Part shown: piece by piece, positions 58,957 through 64,000 of the stretch
Position numbering within the stretch: position 1 is the first letter of the stretch
Layout of the letters: every line of letters starts with the position of its first letter
From: a virus
Lineage: Duplodnaviria > Caudoviricetes
Reading direction: 5' to 3' (one strand)
Length of the DNA: 64,000 nt
Virus record (IMG/VR): IMGVR_UViG_3300032007_001727
Program-made: the position numbers and the translations under genes
Notes under the pieces: model-generated
Told to the model about the DNA's origin: nothing
The model's database searches: none
Seen by the model: only the letters and a program-made list of their open reading frames with translations

Positions 58957-59229
58957 ATGGAAAATAAAAAAATTAAGGACAGTGATATTTTGAGGGCAAT
59001 GACCGTTCATTTGGACGAGGACTCCGTGGTCTATGGTGCAAACGGACATTATGCCTTGGGTGCATATTATGACATCACGAAAGTGAGCAGTGTGTTTGGT
59101 GACAAAGACTATAACAGCCAAGAGAACTTGGATGCTGCAAGCGATGCAGCGGCAGCAGAAATATTTAGGACTGACAATGACGAACTTCCGGAAGAACTTC
59201 AGAAGGCGATTTGGATGAAAGAGTATTAA
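58957..59229 (+). CDS. hypothetical protein
   Basis: GATATTTAT at 58926 upstream; ATG at 58957. Confidence 0.65.
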   Translation: MENKKIKDSDILRAMTVHLDEDSVVYGANGHYALGAYYDITKVSSVFGDKDYNSQENLDAASDAAAAEIFRTDNDELPEELQKAIWMKEY

Positions 59230-59239
59230 TTAAGTGGAT

Positions 59240-59791
59240 ATGAAAAGAAGAATTAGATTAACAGAAGGTGACCTTCACAGAATCGTGAAGGAGTCGGTGA
59301 ATAGAATATTAAAGGAAGGCGTTGACCCTATTTCAAAGGTTCAATCATTGATTCAACAAGCCAATAACGCCTATCATGAAGCGTTGGAAGCACAAGATAA
59401 TTACAAGTGGCCACTGATGAACAAGAGAGGTGAAACATATGGTTTATCGTCTGATATTAAACTTGACGGAAGGGGCTATGTTTCCATACCATATACAAAC
59501 CCATACAGAAGTTTTGACTATCAGCCGGTAAAGATAAGAGTTATCAGCAAGGTTGGCGGAAGGGTAAAGATTATTCCCGGAGATTATTGGGAAGAAGGAT
59601 GGAAGGATGTTAAGAAAATGCTTAACAACATTATAAGGGATGCAGAAATCGGCAACAATCATATGAGAATCTATGACCCAAGCGTTGAAGATTCTTCCTC
59701 ACCGGAAGAGAGACGCGCCAACAAAGAAAGGCTTAAGGGAATGAATAGGGAAATTGGAAGAAACGTATCTGCCGGAATGGAATATGTTTAA
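59240..59791 (+). CDS. protein with IRLTEGDLHRIVKESV leader
   Basis: MKRRIRLTEGDLHRIVKESVNRILKEG. Confidence 0.75.
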   Translation: MKRRIRLTEGDLHRIVKESVNRILKEGVDPISKVQSLIQQANNAYHEALEAQDNYKWPLMNKRGETYGLSSDIKLDGRGYVSIPYTNPYRSFDYQPVKIRVISKVGGRVKIIPGDYWEEGWKDVKKMLNNIIRDAEIGNNHMRIYDPSVEDSSSPEERRANKERLKGMNREIGRNVSAGMEYV

Positions 59792-59793
59792 AG

Positions 59794-59831
59794 AAAAATC
59801 CTCAAGATGTTTAATCTTGAGGATTTTTTTT
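59794..59831. terminator. Bidirectional terminator
   Basis: AAAAATCCTCAAGAT..ATCTTGAGGATTTTT between convergent genes. Confidence 0.75.
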
Positions 59832-59849
59832 GTTAGGCAACTATATACG

Positions 59850-61544
59850 TTATTGTTCAACCTTTGTCCAATTATAATAACCTAGGTAATAAGTACCCGT
59901 TCCCATCCAAGTGTTATAGCCGCTGCTACCGCTTTGAATTGTTAGAGTACCACCGGTCTTAATATCATAGAATGTATAATCATATATTGTTGGTGCTGTT
60001 GTGGCAAGTGAAGTTATTGCCGATAAACTAGAACATCTACTGAAAACACCACCACCAATGCTTGTGACACCATTCGGTATTGTTATGCTTGTTAAACTAG
60101 AACAAAATTCGAAAGCACTATTACCAATACTTGTAACACCACTACCAATATAGCAAGTTGTCATGGCAGTACAGTTATAGAAAGCCCGTTCACCAATACT
60201 TGTAACACTGTCCGGAATTGTTATGGTTGATAAACTACGACAACCATAGAAAGCACTACCACCAATACTTGTAACACTGTCCGGAATTGTTATGCTTGTT
60301 AAACTATAACAACAATTGAAAGCACTATTACCAATACTTGTAACAGTATTTGGTATTACAGTTGTATTACAACCTTTTATTAAAGTGTTTGTGCTTGTTT
60401 GAATAATTGCATTACAGTTGTTTCTTGAGTCATAGGTTGCATTTGCAGCATCAACTGTTATACTTGATAGACTAGAACAATAAAGGAAAGCATTAGTAAT
60501 AATGCTTGTAACACCGCTACCAAGCGTACAAGTTGTTAAACCGGAACAACCTAGGAAAGTGTTCTCACCAATACTTGTAACACCATTTGGAATTGTTATG
60601 CTTGTTAAACTAAAACAACTAGTGAAAGCATTACCACCAATGCTTGTAACACCACTTGGAATGTTTATACTTGTTAAACATTGACAATTTTCAAAAGCAG
60701 CATAACCAATACTTGTAACACTGTCCGGAATTGTTATACTTGTTAAACTATAACAATCACCGAAAGCCCCATAACTAATGCTTGTAACACCACTTGGAAT
60801 GTTTATACTTGTTAAACCGGTACAACCATTGAAAGCATAATCACTAATGCTTGTAATACCATTTGGAATAAATGCTGCATCAGAACCCTTTATCAAGGTA
60901 TTTGTGGCAGTTTCAATGACTGCATTACAATTATTTCTTGAATCATATACGGGGTTTGCAGCGTCAACTTCCACGTCTGATAACCCACAGTACTCCATTG
61001 TGAAAACTTGGTTTATATTTGTTACGCCACTTCCGATGTATAAGGTTCTAATTCCGTAACACTCACTAAAAGCACTTCCGCTTATGCTTGCGACACTGTT
61101 TGAGATAACAAGGGTTTGAAGTAAACCACAAGTGTAGTCAATTTTAAACGAATCTTCTTCAGATTCAATACAAGAACCTTCCCAAGCATTATATAAGTCA
61201 CCAATGCTTGTACATAAATCGCCACAAACAATTGATGATATGCAAGTTCCGGTTACTTCTTCCGTTTCTTGGTCTTCCACATAAGATAAATAAGGAAGAA
61301 TCATACATTGTGTCAGTTCTCCGCTTCCTTGTAACTCAACCTCAGTTGGTTCGCCAACCAAGCCATCATTATCATAATCTTGCACGGTTAACTTAACAAA
61401 GAAAGGTGGGGGGGGGGGTGGAACATCCGGATTGTAGTGCATAGCACCATCGGCCACAACATAACTTACGTTTGGCTTCGGATAATCTGTGGCAACGTAT
61501 GCTGTATAATCAGCGGCAGTTGCAAATTCTTTAACATACTTCAT
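59850..61544 (-). CDS. BspA-type leucine-rich repeat protein (LRR_5), 564 aa
   Basis: About a dozen VTSIG..AF..C.SLTSITIP repeats plus two YDSRNNCNA.I.T.TNTLI.G inserts. Confidence 0.9.
   Translation of the reverse strand: MKYVKEFATAADYTAYVATDYPKPNVSYVVADGAMHYNPDVPPPPPPFFVKLTVQDYDNDGLVGEPTEVELQGSGELTQCMILPYLSYVEDQETEEVTGTCISSIVCGDLCTSIGDLYNAWEGSCIESEEDSFKIDYTCGLLQTLVISNSVASISGSAFSECYGIRTLYIGSGVTNINQVFTMEYCGLSDVEVDAANPVYDSRNNCNAVIETATNTLIKGSDAAFIPNGITSISDYAFNGCTGLTSINIPSGVTSISYGAFGDCYSLTSITIPDSVTSIGYAAFENCQCLTSINIPSGVTSIGGNAFTSCFSLTSITIPNGVTSIGENTFLGCSGLTTCTLGSGVTSIITNAFLYCSSLSSITVDAANATYDSRNNCNAIIQTSTNTLIKGCNTTVIPNTVTSIGNSAFNCCYSLTSITIPDSVTSIGGSAFYGCRSLSTITIPDSVTSIGERAFYNCTAMTTCYIGSGVTSIGNSAFEFCSSLTSITIPNGVTSIGGGVFSRCSSLSAITSLATTAPTIYDYTFYDIKTGGTLTIQSGSSGYNTWMGTGTYYLGYYNWTKVEQ
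61408..61418 (-). repeat. G11/C11 homopolymer tract within the LRR gene
   Basis: Eleven consecutive G on the + strand, encoding poly-Pro near the gene 5' end. Confidence 0.85.
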
Positions 61545-61637
61545 AATTATTATTTTTTAAAGTTTTAAATTAAGTTATTTTAACAATAAATATTGAAATA
61601 TATCATAAAATCATTTCGTTGTTTCAGATTTTTTTGG

Positions 61638-61645
61638 TACTTTTG
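61638..61645 (+). promoter_or_regulatory. Bacteroidota-type -7 element (TACTTTTG)
   Basis: Upstream of the WG-repeat gene array. Confidence 0.55.
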
Positions 61646-61674
61646 CACCGAAAATCAATCAAAAAACAAAAAAC

Positions 61675-62409
61675 ATGTGTAAAGTGAGTATTGAAATACC
61701 ACAAGAATTACTGAACTATTCGGATGGTATTGCAAGGGTAAATGTTAATGACAAGTTGAATTTCGTTAACAAGAACGGCGAACTTTTAAGCAAGGAGTGG
61801 CTCGATGATTGTTGGAATTTCCATGAAGGTTTTGCCAACGTTGAACTCAATGGTAAATATAACGTTATTAACAAGAACGGTGAACTCTTAAGCAAGGAGT
61901 GGTTTGATGATTGTTGTGGTGATTTCTGTGAGGGTTTCAGTGGAGTTATACTTAATCATAAATATAATTATATTGACAAGGACGGAAACTATTTAAGTAA
62001 ACAATGGTTTGACTATTGTGATGATTTCCATGAAGGTTTTGGAAAAGTTGAACTTAATAAAAAGTATAACTTCATCGACAAGAGTGGTAACTATTTAAGT
62101 AAACAATGGTTTGACTATTGTGATGATTTCAACGAAGGGTTTGCAAGGGTCACACTGAATGGAAAGTGGAATTATATTGGCAAGAAGGGTAACATTATAA
62201 GTGAGCAGTGGTTTGATAATTGTCTTCGTTTTCATGAAGACTTTGGTGCTATCAAGGTTTATGATAAGTGGAATTTCATTGATAAGAATGGTAATATATT
62301 ATCCAAACTGTGGTTTGATGATTGCGGTGCTTTCTATGGGGGCTTTGCGATGGCTCAACTTAATGGAGAATGGAAATCTATCGACAAGAACGGTAAACTT
62401 TTAAAATAG
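61675..62409 (+). CDS. WG-repeat (KWG-type) protein
   Basis: 35-aa repeats FHEGFA.V.LNGK.NFIDKNG..LS.QWFD.C. Confidence 0.85.
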   Translation: MCKVSIEIPQELLNYSDGIARVNVNDKLNFVNKNGELLSKEWLDDCWNFHEGFANVELNGKYNVINKNGELLSKEWFDDCCGDFCEGFSGVILNHKYNYIDKDGNYLSKQWFDYCDDFHEGFGKVELNKKYNFIDKSGNYLSKQWFDYCDDFNEGFARVTLNGKWNYIGKKGNIISEQWFDNCLRFHEDFGAIKVYDKWNFIDKNGNILSKLWFDDCGAFYGGFAMAQLNGEWKSIDKNGKLLK

Positions 62410-62418
62410 AATGGAATC

Positions 62419-63057
62419 ATGAATGATAGTTTTTTAAACATGAGAATTCCAAGGAACCTCTTATCGTATAATGAAGGTGTCGCAAAGGTAAATCTTAACG
62501 GAAAGTGCAATTTCGTTAATGAGAATGGAGAACTCTTAAGTGAACAGTGGTTTCAATTTTGTGATGATTTCAACGAAGGTTTTGGTGGAGTTCAATTTAA
62601 TGGAAGGTGCAATTTCGTTAACAAGAACGGTGAAATCTTGAGTGACCAATGGTTTGATAATTGTGGTAGTAAATTCAACGAAGGTTTTATATGGGTTGAA
62701 CTTAATTGCAGATGTAATTTCATTAACAAGAATGGTAATATCTTAAGCAAGCGGTGGTTTGACGATTGTTATGGTTTCCATGAAGGCTTTGCAATGGTTA
62801 AACTCAATGGTAAATGGAATTTCATTGATAATAATGGAAATATTTTAAGTGACCAATGGTTTGATAGTTGTTGGGATTTTATCAATGGTCTTGCAAAGGT
62901 TGAACTTAATGATAAGTTTAATTTCATTGGCGAGGATGGTAACATCTTAAGCAAGCGGTGGTTTGACTATTGTTTGGACTTCAAAGAAGGTTTTGGAACG
63001 GTTAAGGTGAATGGTATGTTTTATAAAATTAACAAGAACGGTAAACTTTTAAAATAA
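62419..63057 (+). CDS. WG-repeat (KWG-type) protein
   Basis: Same 35-aa repeat unit. Confidence 0.85.
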   Translation: MNDSFLNMRIPRNLLSYNEGVAKVNLNGKCNFVNENGELLSEQWFQFCDDFNEGFGGVQFNGRCNFVNKNGEILSDQWFDNCGSKFNEGFIWVELNCRCNFINKNGNILSKRWFDDCYGFHEGFAMVKLNGKWNFIDNNGNILSDQWFDSCWDFINGLAKVELNDKFNFIGEDGNILSKRWFDYCLDFKEGFGTVKVNGMFYKINKNGKLLK

Positions 63058-63064
63058 AAGGGTT

Positions 63065-64000
63065 ATGAACAATGAATTTTTAAATCTTAGTGTACCAAAG
63101 GGTATGTTACCTAGTGACGGGTCACTTACAAAAATTAAGTTTGGCAGCAAAGAGAATTTCGTTAAGTGTAACGGAGAACTCTTAAGCCACGAGTGGTTTG
63201 ACAAGTTCGCTGCTTTCCATGAAGGTTTTGCAATGGTTAAGGCTAGTGGGAAGTATAACTTTATTAATGAGAATGGTGAACTCTTGAGTGAACGGTGGTT
63301 TGACGCTTGTGATAACTTCAAAGAAGGTTTTGCAATAGTTAAATTTAAACGTGAATTCAACTTCATCAATGAGAGGGGTGAACTCTTGAGTGAACAGTGG
63401 TTTGATTGGTGTGATGACTTTAACGAAGGTTTTGGAACAGTTAAACTAAATGGAAAGTATAATTATATTGACAAAAATGGAAATTTCTTGAGTGAGCAAT
63501 GGTTTGATAATTGTGGTGATTTCCATGAAGGCTTTATATGGGTTGAACTAAATGGAAAGTATAACTCTATTGACAAGGACGGAAACATCTTAAGTGAGAC
63601 ATGGTTTGACAATTGTGATGGTTTCCACGAAGGTTTTGCCGTTATTAGGCTTAATGGTAAGTGGAATTTCATTGATAAGAATGGAAATATATTAGCCAAA
63701 GTGTGGTTTGACCGTTGTTGGGACTTCAATCAAGGGTTCGGTAGGGTTGAAGTTGGTGATAGACGTAACTTTATTGACGAGGATGGTAACATCCTAAGTA
63801 ACCAATGGTTTGATTCGTGTGGTTATTTTGAGGAAGGCTTTGCGGTAGTTAAACTTGGCGGAAAATGGAATTATATTGACAAGAATGGTAACATTTTAAG
63901 TGACCAATGGTTTGATTGGTGTGATGACTTCATCAAAGGTTTTTCAAGTGTTAGACTTAATGGGGAATGGAAATCCATCGACAAGGACGGCAATCTCCAT
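63065..64000 (+). CDS. WG-repeat protein, 3'-partial
   Basis: ATG at 63065 (MNNEFLNLSVPKG..), open to the window end with the same repeat. Missing from the ORF track because it has no stop in the window. Confidence 0.85.
   Translation, partial: MNNEFLNLSVPKGMLPSDGSLTKIKFGSKENFVKCNGELLSHEWFDKFAAFHEGFAMVKASGKYNFINENGELLSERWFDACDNFKEGFAIVKFKREFNFINERGELLSEQWFDWCDDFNEGFGTVKLNGKYNYIDKNGNFLSEQWFDNCGDFHEGFIWVELNGKYNSIDKDGNILSETWFDNCDGFHEGFAVIRLNGKWNFIDKNGNILAKVWFDRCWDFNQGFGRVEVGDRRNFIDEDGNILSNQWFDSCGYFEEGFAVVKLGGKWNYIDKNGNILSDQWFDWCDDFIKGFSSVRLNGEWKSIDKDGNLH

Noticed and set aside
29763-61544. Diversity-generating retroelement acting on the LRR genes
   Set aside because: No reverse transcriptase and no non-coding template repeat differing only at adenines in this window. 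It cannot be excluded elsewhere in the genome.
1-64000. TAG stop-codon reassignment as in some gut megaphages
   Set aside because: Multi-kb ORFs are intact in the standard code, and TAG ends genes right before the next start (e.g. 8310/8313, 13559/13562).

Overview
A 64-kb segment of a large AT-rich tailed dsDNA phage (jumbo myovirus-like), most likely infecting Bacteroidota, since many transcription units carry TTTG-N19/20-TAnnTTTG promoters. It uses the standard genetic code. Left to right: (1) a Hef-like nuclease (5'-partial), an 849-aa protein and a GP88-like Cys-rich protein; (2) a ~12-kb accessory island (6.4-18.6 kb) of small paralogous and mosaic genes built from short conserved DNA/peptide blocks around variable inserts; (3) a tRNA locus where tRNA-Arg(CCT) is split at the T-arm by a 2336-bp IS607-family element (serine recombinase TnpA, TnpB, omegaRNA, two extra small ORFs), followed by an HNH endonuclease and tRNA-Leu(TAA); (4) a NUDIX hydrolase; (5) a minus-strand cluster with a BspA-type LRR protein, a fibre-like protein and a 1608-aa Ig/FN3/LRR-GH2 glycosidase; (6) a ~25-kb baseplate/structural operon (gp25-like, gp6-like, several >1000-aa proteins) with an inserted homing endonuclease; (7) a metallophosphoesterase, a DNA primase, small leader-bearing proteins, a second LRR gene with a C11 tract, and a tandem WG-repeat gene array running off the right end. 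The strongest novelty candidates are the tRNA-embedded IS607/TnpB, whose predicted guide is the tRNA's own last 20 nt, and the block-shuffled gene island. All family assignments come from motif recognition by eye; no searches were run.
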